From NCBI GenBank assembly GCA_963817895.1, contig CAWFQB010000004.1:480001-544000 (forward strand): a stretch of DNA of 64,000 bases. Direction: 5' to 3'. This DNA comes from an uncultured Chthonomonadaceae bacterium (GTDB taxonomy: Bacteria > Armatimonadota > Chthonomonadetes > Chthonomonadales > Chthonomonadaceae). The position numbers were made by a program, and so were the translations under genes. This document shows positions 30,828 to 42,610 of the stretch, in pieces (the stretch's first letter is position 1; every line of letters begins with the position of its first letter). Under the pieces are notes generated by a model. The model was not told where the DNA came from. It was given only the letters and a program-made list of their open reading frames with translations, and did no database searches.

Positions 30828-30993
30828 CAATCGCTGAAACTGGCGTTGCGCGGCAGGAAACCAATCGCCGCTAAAATCGTACCTTCACTATCGGCGTTTA
30901 CATTTTTTAAGCTGATAAGGCTCATTCCGAGTTCCTTCCGATGTGGACAGGCGAACATTGTTTTCCTGTTATTCATTTTTAGGAGATGCTTTC

Positions 30994-33900
30994 ATGGTCA
31001 AGCTGCCTATTGGTTTCCGCAAGCGAACGAGCGCGCCGTCCCCTTCCACACAGCCGTACAGCCCGCAAACGCTGCGCAAGGCGTCGCGATTGGATGGCGC
31101 GACTTTGACGAAAAGCATCTGTCCGTATTGCGCGGTCGGGTGCAGTCTGGATGTGTATACCAAGGGCGGCAAGCTGATTGACATCGAGGGCAACCCGGAC
31201 AGCCCCATCAATGAGGGTACGCTGTGTCCCAAAGGCGCGAACAGTTTCCAACTCGCCGTCAATCCGCATCGCGTGAAAACCGTGCTGTACCGCGCGCCCT
31301 ATTCGGATAAGTGGGAACAGAAGCCTCTGGCGTGGGCGATGGAGCAGATCGCGCAACGCGTCAAAATGGCGCGGGATAAAGGCTGGAAAGATACGTCCGA
31401 AGAGGGGCTTCAGCTCAACCACGTTACCAACGTCGGCACCCTGGGCGGCGCGACTCTGGACAACGAAGAAAACTACCTCATCAAGAAACTGTTCTCAGCC
31501 GGGTTGGGCATCCTTTCCGTAGAGAATCAGGCGCGCATTTGACACTCCGCTTCCGTCCCCGGTCTGGGGGCGTCATTCGGCAGGGGCGCGGCCACCACCA
31601 ATCAGCAGGACTTGCAGAACAGCGATTGCATTCTCATCATGGGTTCCAATATGGCCGAAGCGCATCCCGTCGGCTTCCGCTGGCCCATGAAAGCCAAAGC
31701 GAAGGGCGGCAAAATCATCCATGTTGACCCGCGCTTTTCCCGCACGTCTGCCCTTGCCGACGTGTACGTTCCCATTCGGGCGGGAACCGACATCGCATTT
31801 TTAGGCGGGCTAATCAACTACGTTCTGACGCAGGAGCGCTGGTTCAGGGAGTACGTTCTCGCGTATACCAACGCTTCCACGATCATCGCGGAGGGTTTTG
31901 AAGGCGCGGAGGATTTGGACGGCCTGTTCAGCGGCTATGACCCAAAACAGCGCAGATATGAGGCGGCAAAGGGGCATTGGGGCTACAAAGATTCCGCAAG
32001 CGATAAGCCACCAGAGGAGCAGGAACAGCAGGGACAGGGGGGTGGTATGAAAGGTTCGCAGGGGGTTCAGGGCCACGCTCTGGATGGCAATTCCAGCGCG
32101 CACGATACGCCGCAGGCAAGCGGCGTCCGAGAACCGGGACAGGAAATCCCACGCGACGAAACGCTGCAAGACCCGAATTGCGTGATGCAGTTATTGCGCA
32201 AGCACTTTGCCCGCTACACGCCCGAAACGGCTGCGCAAATTTGCGGCTGCTCACCCGAACAGATTATTCACACGGCCCAACTGCTGTGCGACAATTCAGG
32301 ACGGGAACGCACAAGCGCGATCTGCTACGCGGTCGGCTGGACGCAACATTCCACGGGCGTACAGATAATTCGCGCGGCTGGTATTCTACAACTGCTGCTC
32401 GGCAACATCGGGCGTCCCGGCGGCGGAATTCTCGCGTTGCGCGGTCACGCCAGTATTCAAGGTTCAACGGATGTTCCCACGTTGTATGACCTGCTGCCCG
32501 GTTATCTGCCGCAGCCGGTTTCCGCGCCCACTCACGCTACGCTGGACGGCTATTGCGAGTATGAGAGTATGCCGACGGGTTACTGGGTGAACTTCCGCAA
32601 GTTCACGGTCAGCCTGCTCAAAGCGTGGTATGGCGACGCGGCGCAGCCGGAAAACGAGTTCCGGTTCGGCTGGCTGCCCCGTCTGGACGACGATTATTCG
32701 ATGGTTCCGTTTTTCGATAAAATGGCGAAGGGCGAAGTGGAGGGCTATCTCATTTTCGGGCAGAACCCCGCCGCCGGCACGTCCAACGGCAAGCGGGCGC
32801 GGCAGGGTTTGCGCAATTTGAAGTGGCTCGTGGTTGCCGACTGGTTTGAAACGGAAACCGCCGCGTTCTGGCGCGACGATCCGAACGCCCCGCCGCCTTC
32901 AGAAATCGGAACCGAAGTGTTTTTCATGCCCGCCGCAACTTCGCCGGAAAAAGAGGGTAGTTTTACGAATACGCAGCGCCTGCTTCAGTGGCACGACAAA
33001 GCCCTCGACCCGCCACAAGACTGCCGTTCCGATGCGTGGTTCATGTACAATCTGGGCAAAAAACTCAAGGAGTTGTATCGCGACAGCATTGATGCCAAAG
33101 ACGCGGCTTTGCTGAATCTGACGTGGGATTATGACCCGGACGAACCGCCGCGTCTGCCGGATGGTTCGTTGAGCCGCATTGAGGGCGAACCGGACGGACA
33201 CAAAATCCTTCAGGAGATGAACGGCTACCACGTTGGCGAAATAGACCCACGCAGCGGCAAGCCCAGACTGCTTTTAGATTTTTCTGAGTGCAAAGACGAC
33301 GGCAGCACGGCCTGCGGCGTGTGGATTTACAGCGGCGTGTTTCCCGAACCTGGACGCAACCGCGCCCGCGAACGGGAGGGACACGACAGCAACCCCATCC
33401 ATCCGAACTGGGGCTTTGCCTGGCCGCACAACCGCCATATTCTGTACAACCGGGCAAGCGCGGACCCCGAAGGCAACCCCTGGTCGGAGCGTAAAAAATA
33501 CCTGTGGTGGGACAAAAACGCGCAGAAATGGATGGGCAACGATGAGCCGGATTTCGAGCCGAACAAACCGCCCGATTACAAACCGACTGCCGACTGCAAG
33601 GGCATGGACGCGATTGGCGGCGCGGACCCGTTCATTATGAAGCCGGACGGCAAGGGATGGCTGTTTGCGCCCGGTGGAACCAAAGACGGTCCGTTCCCCG
33701 CGCATTACGAACCCATTGAATCGCCCGTCCGTAACCTGCTGTACCCGAAACACGTAGATAGCCCAACGGTACGCTATCTGGAATCGCCCGGCAATCCGAT
33801 TGCCCACGCGCCCACGCAGCAGTTCCCCATTGTGGCCTGCACGTTCCGCATGACCGAGCATTACCTGAGCGGGCCAATGAGCCGCTTCAACAGTTGGCTC

Positions 33901-34326
33901 AACGAACTGATGCCCGCCATGTTCGTGGAACTCAGCCCGGAACTGGCGGCAGAAAAAGGTATTGCGAACGGCGACTGGTTGACCGTTTTCAGCCCGCGCG
34001 GCGAAATCGAAGCCCGCGCCCTCGTCACGCGGCGTATCCATCCGCTGCATGTCGAGGGACAGACCATTCACCAGATCGGCATCCCGTTCCAGTGGGGCTA
34101 CGCGGGTGAAACAGTCGGCAGCAGCGTCAACGATCTAATCGCCATGTCTGCCGACGCCAATGTGTCCATGCACGAAACCAAAGTATTCGCGTGTCAAATC
34201 CATGCGGGACGCGCCCAAAACCAGCCCACCAAACCAACGGTAGAAGTCGCGCCCTGGGCCAACCGCGAAGCCATTCCCGACACGCCACAATCGGCACAAC
34301 CGGAAGGCCACATGCGGCGAGAATAA
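30994..34326 (+). CDS. fdnG: Selenocysteine-containing formate dehydrogenase alpha subunit (UGA at 31540-31542 read as Sec)
   Basis: CPYCAVGC..C Fe-S motif; ENQARI-TGA-HSASVPGLGASFGRGA in frame; ALRGHASIQGSTD. Confidence 0.9.
31540..31580 (+). promoter_or_regulatory. Bacterial SECIS element
   Basis: Stem-loop CCCC-GGTCT-GGGG starting about 15 nt after the in-frame UGA. Confidence 0.75.
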
Positions 34327-34331
34327 ACAGA

Positions 34332-34477
34332 GGAATATTTCACCACCAAGACACCAAGTACACCAAGAGGGAGAAGAGAAGAGGAGAAATAAACTGCTTT
34401 GCGACCTTTGCCTCTTTGCGGTTTTCTTTGTATTCTCTTATCTTGGTGTACTTGGTGTCTTGGTGGTGAAATATTCC
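34332..34477. repeat. 37-bp perfect inverted repeat built from CACCAAG(A/T) units
   Basis: 34332-34368 is the exact reverse complement of 34441-34477. Confidence 0.85.
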
Positions 34478-34493
34478 CCAATGTTGATGAGGA

Positions 34494-35351
34494 GTGTTGA
34501 AAATGCTGGAGCCTGTACGGGATATATTGAAGTTGGTGCGGCCTGAAGAGATCGCGCTGATTGAGCGGGGAGGGGAGGGCAACAAGCCCGCAATGGGGTT
34601 TTTCACGGACACCACGCTTTGCATCGGGTGTAAGGCGTGTGAAGTGGCCTGCAAGCAGTGGAACCAACTGCCTTCGGACGGCTTCCACTTTACGGGCAAC
34701 AGCTACGACAACACCAGTCAACTCTCGGAAACGACATGGCGGCACGTCGCGTTTGTGGAGCAGATGGATCGGAAACGGGACGACGGCGGGCGATGGCTGA
34801 TGATGAGCGATGTGTGCAAGCACTGCGTGGAAGCGCCCTGTCAGGAATCGTGTCCCACCGGCAGCATCATTTACAACGAGTTCGGGAACGTGTACGTGCA
34901 GCCCGACATTTGCAACGGCTGCGGGTACTGCGTGATTGCGTGTCCGTTCGGCGTATTGGGGCGCAGCCACCACGACGGCCATGTTCACAAATGCACCCTT
35001 TGCTATGACCGGCAAAAAGGCGACATGACTCCCGCCTGCGCCAAAGCCTGCCCCACCGCCAGTATTCAGTTCGGCGAAGTGGAAACGCTGAAAGTTCACG
35101 CGCAGGCGCGGGTCGAGGAATTGAAAGCGCAGGGAGAAGCCGGAGCATACCTGTACGGCGCGGACGCCACCGAAGAATACAGTTCCCTCAACGCCTTCTT
35201 TCTATTGACGGACTCCCCCAACACCTACAACCTGCCCGAAGCCCCGAAAAAACCCACCACCGGCATGAAGCAGCGCTACGCCTGGAGCTTGCTTACCGGC
35301 ATCGCCCTGACCGCCGCTTCCGCCCTCATCTTCGCCCGCAACAAAAGTTAA
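34494..35351 (+). CDS. fdnH: Formate dehydrogenase beta (4x4Fe-4S) subunit with C-terminal TM anchor
   Basis: CIGCKACEVAC, CKHC..C..CP, CNGCGYCVIACP, KCTLC. Confidence 0.85.
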   Translation: MLKMLEPVRDILKLVRPEEIALIERGGEGNKPAMGFFTDTTLCIGCKACEVACKQWNQLPSDGFHFTGNSYDNTSQLSETTWRHVAFVEQMDRKRDDGGRWLMMSDVCKHCVEAPCQESCPTGSIIYNEFGNVYVQPDICNGCGYCVIACPFGVLGRSHHDGHVHKCTLCYDRQKGDMTPACAKACPTASIQFGEVETLKVHAQARVEELKAQGEAGAYLYGADATEEYSSLNAFFLLTDSPNTYNLPEAPKKPTTGMKQRYAWSLLTGIALTAASALIFARNKS

Positions 35352-35653
35352 GCCCTGTCCCTGAGTTGGCTTCTTCCTTCATGCTGATGCAGGGCAGCAC
35401 GGTGTACTCTCCAATCAGTCTACCAAGAACGCATCAACTTAGCGGCAGAGAAGGCAGATGAGCAGGCGATGCCCGGAAAACAAATGTCGCAGGGAAAGCA
35501 GGAATAACCCGGAAAATTGGTCAATAATGGTGTATACATCAACGTTGAGGAGTTGACGAATACGAACATCGGCGGATTTCTGTAGCGACCGCAATCTTTG
35601 CAGATATTCCGTGCAGTTATTCTGTCTGTTTCCGTACCCGATTGGAGTTTCTA

Positions 35654-36214
35654 ATGCTGAATATGCAAGAACCTGTCACTATCTATCCCGCCACCTCCAA
35701 AGCCCTTCACGGAGTGCGTAAGCGGCTGCTATGTATCGCCCTGCCTGTCAACTTGATGATGTTTATCCTGTTGAGCATGTCGCCGGTTCCTCTTGACGGG
35801 TTTACCAATCTGCTGCGCTGGATGCTGCTGGCGGAACTCCCTCTCCTCTACTTTTTGATGGCTCGAAAACTCGCGAAACAAACCAGCCCAATCGTATCTT
35901 TGTCCTCGCAGGGCATTACGGTCAACGCGCTTTGGAGTCGGGTCGGTTTCCTGCGGTGGGACGAAATCAAGGATGTACACGCCTACAGCCTGGGCTACCG
36001 TTTTGTCGGCATCACGCTCAACGATCCTAAAACCGTGTATCGGCGTCTCGGCCTGAAGCGTAGTTGGATACTGCGAATGAACGGGGCTGTCGTACCCCTG
36101 TACAAACTGTTCAGGATGCGCGTCGCGCCCATCAACATTCCGCATGAGTTCCTGCCGATGAGCGCCGATGAGCTGACAGCGCAGATACAAGCGTACCGCG
36201 CCACCTATGCGTAG
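35654..36214 (+). CDS. Hypothetical membrane protein (STM3941-like)
   Basis: Two TM helices then P.VSLSSQGI..GFLRWDEI. Confidence 0.6.
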   Translation: MLNMQEPVTIYPATSKALHGVRKRLLCIALPVNLMMFILLSMSPVPLDGFTNLLRWMLLAELPLLYFLMARKLAKQTSPIVSLSSQGITVNALWSRVGFLRWDEIKDVHAYSLGYRFVGITLNDPKTVYRRLGLKRSWILRMNGAVVPLYKLFRMRVAPINIPHEFLPMSADELTAQIQAYRATYA

Positions 36215-36247
36215 GCCGCATAAACAACAACAGTGCATTAAGTAAAT

Positions 36248-37538
36248 ATGAAGCAAGAGAACATGAAGCAAGTCAACTGGGCGGGAAATCTGGAATACCG
36301 GGCGGCAAGGTGGCATTGCCCGGAAACGGTTGCGGAAGCGCAGGAGTTGGTGGCGAAAAGCCGCAAGGTGAAAGTCCTCGGTTCGCGCCACTCCTTCAAC
36401 GCCATTGCCGACACAACCGAAGATATGCTCGACCTGTCGCGTTTCGATCAGGTTGTAGGTCTGGACAGGGAACGGCATCAGGTAACGGTCGAAGCCGGTA
36501 TTCGGTACGGGACGCTGTGTAAGTTTCTGCACGGTGAAGGCTACGCGCTGCACAATCTGGCTTCCCTGCCGCATATTTCGGTTGCGGGCGCTTGCGCGAC
36601 GGCTACGCACGGTTCGGGAAACGGAAACGGCAATCTGGCGACGATTGTTTCCGGGCTGGAACTGATTACCGCAACCGGGCAAGTCAAGACATTCTCGCGT
36701 GAACAGGATGAGGAACAGTTTCCGGGCATGGTTGTTGGATTGGGCGCGTTGGGGATGGTTACAAAACTCACGCTGGATGTGCTTCCCGCCTTTGTCATGC
36801 GACAGGACGTGTACGAAAATTTGCCCCTGAGCCAACTGGAAGCGCATTTCGACGAAATTACGAACAGCGCGTACAGCGTGAGCCTGTTCACGGAATGGAA
36901 AACCGCCAGTTTCAATCAGGTGTGGCGCAAAAGCCGCGTGGACGCCGACGCGAATGTGGAAACGTTTGCTGAAATGACTGCCGAATGGTTCGGGGCCACT
37001 CTCGCTCAACGTCCGCTGCATCCTATTCCCGGCGTGTCGGCGGAAAACTGTACCGAACAAAGGGGCGTTGTCGGCGCGTGGCACGAGCGCCTTCCCCACT
37101 TCCGCATGGAATTCACGCCAAGCTGCGGCGAGGAACTGCAAACCGAATACCTTGTACCTCGCCAACACGCGCTGGATGCTTTACGCGCCATTTATGAACT
37201 GCGGGAACAGATCGCGCCCCTGCTCTTAATCTCTGAAATCCGAACGGTTGCGGCGGATGATTTGTGGATGAGTCCCTGTTACCATCAGCCGTGCGTCGCC
37301 ATTCATTTCACATGGAGACTGGATTGGCCCGCCGTCCGCGAATTGCTGCCGCGTATCGAAGCCGCGCTTGCGCCCTTTCAGGCCCGCCCTCACTGGGGCA
37401 AATTGTTCACTATGCGCGGGGAATCCCTGAAATCGCTATATCCACGCCTGCCGGATTTTCAGCGTCTTTGCCGCGCCTTCTGATCCACAGGGCAAATTCC
37501 GCAACGCGTTTCTGGATGTGAATTTGTTTGCCGTTTAA
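36248..37538 (+). CDS. FAD-binding alditol/xylitol oxidase-like protein (frameshift near 37481)
   Basis: NWAGN, GSRHSFN, NLASLPHISVAGACATATHGSG, RPHWGK; shifted tail DPQGKFRN. Confidence 0.85.
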
Positions 37539-37590
37539 CAGCTTCAGGTATTCGTATTTTGCCTGCTTCCATACCGCTTCAGGAGTTTCA

Positions 37591-38731
37591 ATGGTGACAC
37601 TGCGACGAGTATCTGAACACATAACGCGCCGTTGTCAAGGCGCAATCGCTGTCTGCGCGGGCATTGCCGCCCTGCTTGCATTGCCCGCTCTGGGTTTGCG
37701 TCCCGGCCAGGCTCCCCGGACGGGCAAACCTGCTGCTTCTCTGGCCAGTTCCGCCTGGGTTCCCATTTCCGGCTACCTGCTCAAAAAACTCGCGGACGAG
37801 GGGAAAAAAGTCAGTTCTCCCAATGGCACTGCGGGAGTGAGCGTGGATCGTAAGACGGGCGATGTCATTGTTGTTGTGCCGAATCAGGGACTTTGGAGAA
37901 GCAAGAACAAAGGGAGGACCTTTGAGCGCATGGATGGGGGCAGTATCGGGGGCTTCTGTCAAACCGGATATGCGCTGAATGCCGACCCTGCGGGAAGTCG
38001 GCTGGCCTGTTTCATGCTGGATGGGCCGAGCGGAATCACTCTGGATGATGGCAAGACCTGGGATGTGTTTGCGATAAGTGGGCGTGACGCGCGTGGATGG
38101 GATTACGGCGTTGTGGATTGGAGTCGAAGCGCTCCGCAGGAGATGCTTGCCGTCCGCCATGAGTTCGGGCGGCGAACTCAACCGCAGCGCGGATGGCGGT
38201 AAAACTTGGAATGTGTTGGGAAAAGGTTTTACCGCTATCGGCATTATTGGCCCCCGTACCTATGTCGCAAGCAAGGGGGATGGGACATTGCGCAGCGTGG
38301 ATGGCGGCGCGACGTGGACGAAGGTTTCCAAAATAACCCCGACTGGCCGAACCCTGTGCATGTTCAATCAGGTCGCCTATTGGATTGCCCCGGAAGGCTT
38401 GCTCTTCAGCCTGGATCGGGGCTATAGCTGGCACTATTCAGGCAGTCCGATGGAAGCCGTATGGGGACCCTTTTTTGGTGTGGACGAGACGCAGATAGCG
38501 GTTGTAGGGCGTAAGGGGAAAGACCTGGGTATCTGGCGAACGGACAACTCGACAAAAACCTGGAAATTCGCCGCGTCCTTTCCGGGTTACGCATTGAACG
38601 CGAGTCCCAATTTAACTCCTTATGTAGACGGAGGAGCCGGATGGGGATATTGCTTCGGCTGGGATTGGAAGAGCCATGTCTTTTATACCTCGAACCTGAA
38701 TTTCCCAACACTTGCTGTTATATCAAAATGA
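37591..38731 (+). CDS. Secreted BNR/Asp-box repeat protein (frameshift near 38165)
   Basis: S.D.G.TW repeats (TLDDGKTW, SADGGKTW, SVDGGATW). Confidence 0.7.
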
Positions 38732-38765
38732 CCGATGCCCGCAACTTTTGAGATTGGAAGCCTGA

Positions 38766-40989
38766 ATGAGACGCCGTGATTTTCTCGTTCGCTTATCCTG
38801 CGCAGCCGGGGCTATGGAAGCCGCGCGGCGCGGATCGTTCGCGTTCGCCGCAAAGCGGACGCGGATCGGGGAGGGGGACGCTTACGCCCACTACGTCCGC
38901 TCGTCGCGCGATTTTCAGCGCGTGAAGCAGGATCGCGGCTGGCTGGACAAAGCCTATCCCGGCTGGATTTATATGCCCTGGACGTATCAATGGACGCTCG
39001 GTTATACGGAAGCGTCCGGCAAGTGGAGTCAGGCGCATGGGTATAATGGCGCGTTTCTGGACGGAAATGGCGGCGACCCCGATTCACCCAGAGGCAAACT
39101 GGATTGGATCAACCGTTTTGGCCTGCGCTTCTACATGGACCATACCGCCCGTAAAGGCTACCTGCACCTGTGGGACGGCGACAAAAAGCAGGCGCATTTA
39201 GCCGAACTGCACGGAACCGGGGTTCGCCCCGTTCCGCTCAACGACACCCTGCAAACCAAATTGCGCGGGTTCATTCAGGAAAACGTAACCAGAGTAAAAT
39301 CGTCGCCCTTCCGGGCCGCCTATGCGCTGGATGATGAAGCGTCGTGGGGGCATTTTGTGCATCCGACCATGTGGCGCGTTACGGACGACGAGGCCGCGTA
39401 TCCCAACTGGTTACGGGAAGTATACGGCGCAGGCAACGCGCCCACGCGAAGCAAATGGGTGGGGTATGAGGACATTCGCCCCAATCTCGAAACGTGGTCC
39501 ATCCGTGATTTCGACGCAAGCCCGCTCATGGATCAGTGGAGTTTCAACGACTCGCATTGGTGCAATTTCGTGGGCGATCTGGTGACGTATGCGAATACGG
39601 TTGACCCGGATACGCCCTGCGGACTTGTCGGCGGGCAGGCTCCCAATGCGTTCGGCGGTTACGATTACGCCAAATTAATGCGCAAGATTCAGTACATCGA
39701 GGCGTACAACCTCGGCTCCTCGCAGGCCATCATCCGCTCATTCAATCCTCACAACGCCGTTCCCGCCGTGACAAGCCACTTTCACCAGAAGGCGGAAGAC
39801 GACATCTGGCAGACGTGGTACTATCTCGCGCATGGCAACCGGGGACATATCGGCTGGGTGGAAAACTGGTTCGAGGGGCAAACCCCCAAAGGATGGCAAG
39901 AGCAGGTAGCCCCGCACTATCTGGAAGCGGGCAAAAAGATCGGCCCACTGCTGCGCGACGCGGAATGGAAGCATGACGGGGTTGCCCTGTACTACAGCCA
40001 CGCTTCCATTCAATTAGGCTGGATACTGGACGCGCAGGCGCACGGCAAAACATGGGTCAACCGGGACGGCGACCACCGATTGGGCGCGTCGCATCACGTC
40101 CGGCAGGCATGGGAAAACATGCTGCGCGATTCCGGCCTGCAATACAGTTTCCTCAGTTACGCGGACGCGATTCAGAACAACATTCCCGCCGACATAAAGG
40201 TACTGATTCTGCCCGCGTGTTTGTGCCTGTCGGACGTGGAGGCGCAAATCATCGAAGCGTTTTGCAGACGGGGAGGAACGGTCATTGCCGACTATCTGCC
40301 CGGCGTGTGGGATCAGCATGGCAAGGGACGGGCGGGCGGCGGCGCGTTGGACAAGCTGTTCGGCGTTCGGCACGACCCGGCTATGACCGCGAAAGATGTG
40401 TTCAATGGCGGCAAATTGTGGTGCGAAGTGGATCAGGACGCCAATTTCGGCTGGAAGACCTACAAGGAGTTCCTGACCAATGCCAATACCTGCCTGAAAG
40501 ACGCAAGCGGATTTCAACAAAGCCGTCCGCAACATGAAAACGGAAACCGTCAGCCATGTCGGAAATGGAACCGCCGTGCTGCTGAACCTGTCGCCGCAAT
40601 GGTTCAACGCTTACCGCGTGGAGGGTTACGAGGCCGCGAAAAAACGCGAAGTGTTTATGAAGCACGTCCATGCAGGGGGTGCAGAGCGGTGGGTAGAGAT
40701 TGAAAACGCGGGCGAGGCCGAGTTCGGCTACGAGATCACCTATTTCCACAGACCGGACGGCAGAACCGTCCTTTTCGTCTGCTCCAACCCGGAAACGGTC
40801 GGAACCGAATTGGGCGGCGGCAACGCTGTAGGATTGAAAACCGGTGTTCGGAAAGTTGTGTTGAAGTTCCATAAGCCTGTCCGCAACGTCCGTGACGAAC
40901 GAAAAGGAACCGATTTTGGTAACGGAGAGCGGTTCTCGTTTACATGGGCGCAGAATGAAGCGGTTGTGTTGTCTTTCAATCAAATGTAA
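38766..40989 (+). CDS. Tat-exported glycoside hydrolase with beta-galactosidase trimerisation-like domain (frameshift near 40515)
   Basis: MRRRDFL Tat motif, YALDDE, VALYYS, KVLILP..LSD..F..RGG.VIAD. Confidence 0.65.
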
Positions 40990-40993
40990 CGTT

Positions 40994-41103
40994 CGTAGGG
41001 ACACAACATGTTGTGTCCGCATGGGCAATGTTGTGTCCCTATCCTTCACTACTGGAGGAACATAACGCTGCCAGCAGAGGACACAACATGTTGTGTCCCT
41101 ACG
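40994..41103. repeat. GTAG-family REP doublet (REPIN-like)
   Basis: GTAGGGACACAACATGTTGTGTCC and an inverted copy ending CCCTAC. Confidence 0.8.
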
Positions 41104-41147
41104 GATGTTTGTTTGCGCAGTATTGGTTTCAACCCGGCGTATAATGT

Positions 41148-42512
41148 TCAAACCGTAACCAAAACGTCTTTGAATTCAATTTCGCCGCCTTCGCAGAACC
41201 AGAACAGGCGAGCGCCGCTTTTTTCGGGCAGGCGATTGATGAGGCAGCGGCTGTCAGCGACGCAAACATCTATAATATCGCCCCGGCAAATTACAACAAG
41301 GTCGAACGGTTCGGTGATTTCACTCACGCCCACAATGGATTGGTCGGCAAGGGTGACAGTTTGGGTTCCCGGTTCAAAGGCAAGCGCGTAAAAGGATTCA
41401 TAATCGCCACTACCGCGCAATCCCAACCCGAAACGGGCATTGTCGCCGCGTGGATGGATGCGGCAGCGCAGTTGAAAATCGCGGGGTAGATCGTCGAAAG
41501 CGGCTACGGACTGTCCGTTCAGGGCTTCCAGATAGATGTTTTCAGCATCGCCTTCCACGTTCGGGGTGAGCGGCTGCAAAGTGGGTTCGAGGCGCGTCGC
41601 GCCGGGGCGGGAGAGTTCGGGTACAAACCGGGTGGAAAGCATATCGTCGTCGCGCTGAACCAACTCGCGCAGCACAAGATTGCCGCCCCACACTATGCCC
41701 TCGTTATCCTTATCGGCTTTGCGCGAACCAATCCACGCCGCGCCGATGCGCCGATTGTCGCCGAACGGGGCTGTTTTCATTACGGCAATCAGGCGGCTGT
41801 CTAAAAGCGGGTTGGGGGGCGTATGCCACAATCCCAGCGGATAATCGCTGACGCGATAGTGCGTTTCCAGTCCATTCCCGAACACAAGATAATGCCGGTC
41901 GTTCCACTCAAAAACATCGGGACATTCGGGGATGCCCGCGTAATCCTTTGCGTTGCCCGGTATCAGAAGGGGTTCTTCTACATTCCAGTCGGTTAAGTTC
42001 GGGGAACTCAGGCGCAGCAGGCAGCCGCCGCGTTTGGGTAGGGGATAATCGGCCTGCCGCGCCGTAATGACCATCTGGAAAATGCCGTTTTCGTCCTGAA
42101 ACACAAACGGATCGCGGAAGTGCAGCGGATCGTAACCCGGCGGAACCGGCAGTACGGGAACCGGGCGCGTTTTTACAAAGGTGATGCCGTCGTCGCTTTG
42201 CGCGTGGCTGAGATGCTGCGTCCAATCCGGCTTGCGCGTAGCGTAAAAGGCGTGGAAAACGCCCTCGTGCCAGAATACCGATCCGGTACAAATGGACGCT
42301 TCCCAATCCTCCTCAACGGGCAGGGCGAGCGGATGGTGTTCCCACTGTATAAGGTCGGTTGAGGAAGCATGCGCCCACTGATGCCCGCCCAATCCATTCA
42401 GCCCCTGATGGTGGTTCTCGTCCCGCAGATAAAACAGGTGAAACACGCCGTCGTGAAAAAACGGCATACAGTCGCCCACAAAATAGTCGCCTTCCGGCTT
42501 GAAGTATTGCAT
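41148..42512 (-). CDS. Glycoside hydrolase family 32-like five-bladed propeller
   Basis: GDCMPFF..HLFYL, WAHASS.DL, TGS, FRDP, ECPD. Confidence 0.85.
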   Translation of the reverse strand: MQYFKPEGDYFVGDCMPFFHDGVFHLFYLRDENHHQGLNGLGGHQWAHASSTDLIQWEHHPLALPVEEDWEASICTGSVFWHEGVFHAFYATRKPDWTQHLSHAQSDDGITFVKTRPVPVLPVPPGYDPLHFRDPFVFQDENGIFQMVITARQADYPLPKRGGCLLRLSSPNLTDWNVEEPLLIPGNAKDYAGIPECPDVFEWNDRHYLVFGNGLETHYRVSDYPLGLWHTPPNPLLDSRLIAVMKTAPFGDNRRIGAAWIGSRKADKDNEGIVWGGNLVLRELVQRDDDMLSTRFVPELSRPGATRLEPTLQPLTPNVEGDAENIYLEALNGQSVAAFDDLPRDFQLRCRIHPRGDNARFGLGLRGSGDYESFYALAFEPGTQTVTLADQSIVGVSEITEPFDLVVICRGDIIDVCVADSRCLINRLPEKSGARLFWFCEGGEIEFKDVLVTV

Positions 42513-42610
42513 TTCGATTTTTGGCCTGTCGGTTGAGATAGAAAAAGTGTACCAGAAACACGCGCATGGTCGCGCAATGTTCACAATCCCCAATGATGAG
42601 AGGAACGATT

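Noticed and set aside
30830..30993. Molybdenum-cofactor riboswitch upstream of FDH
   Set aside because: I could not identify the conserved motif or stems by eye; a covariance-model search would be needed
31540..31542. Premature stop making the FDH a split gene or pseudogene
   Set aside because: The TGA sits at the Cys/Sec ligand position, the frame continues and a SECIS-like hairpin follows
40994..41103. Repeated GGACACAAC..GTTGTGTCC units as a CRISPR array
   Set aside because: Copies are inverted, irregularly spaced and dispersed; no cas genes; they fit REP elements
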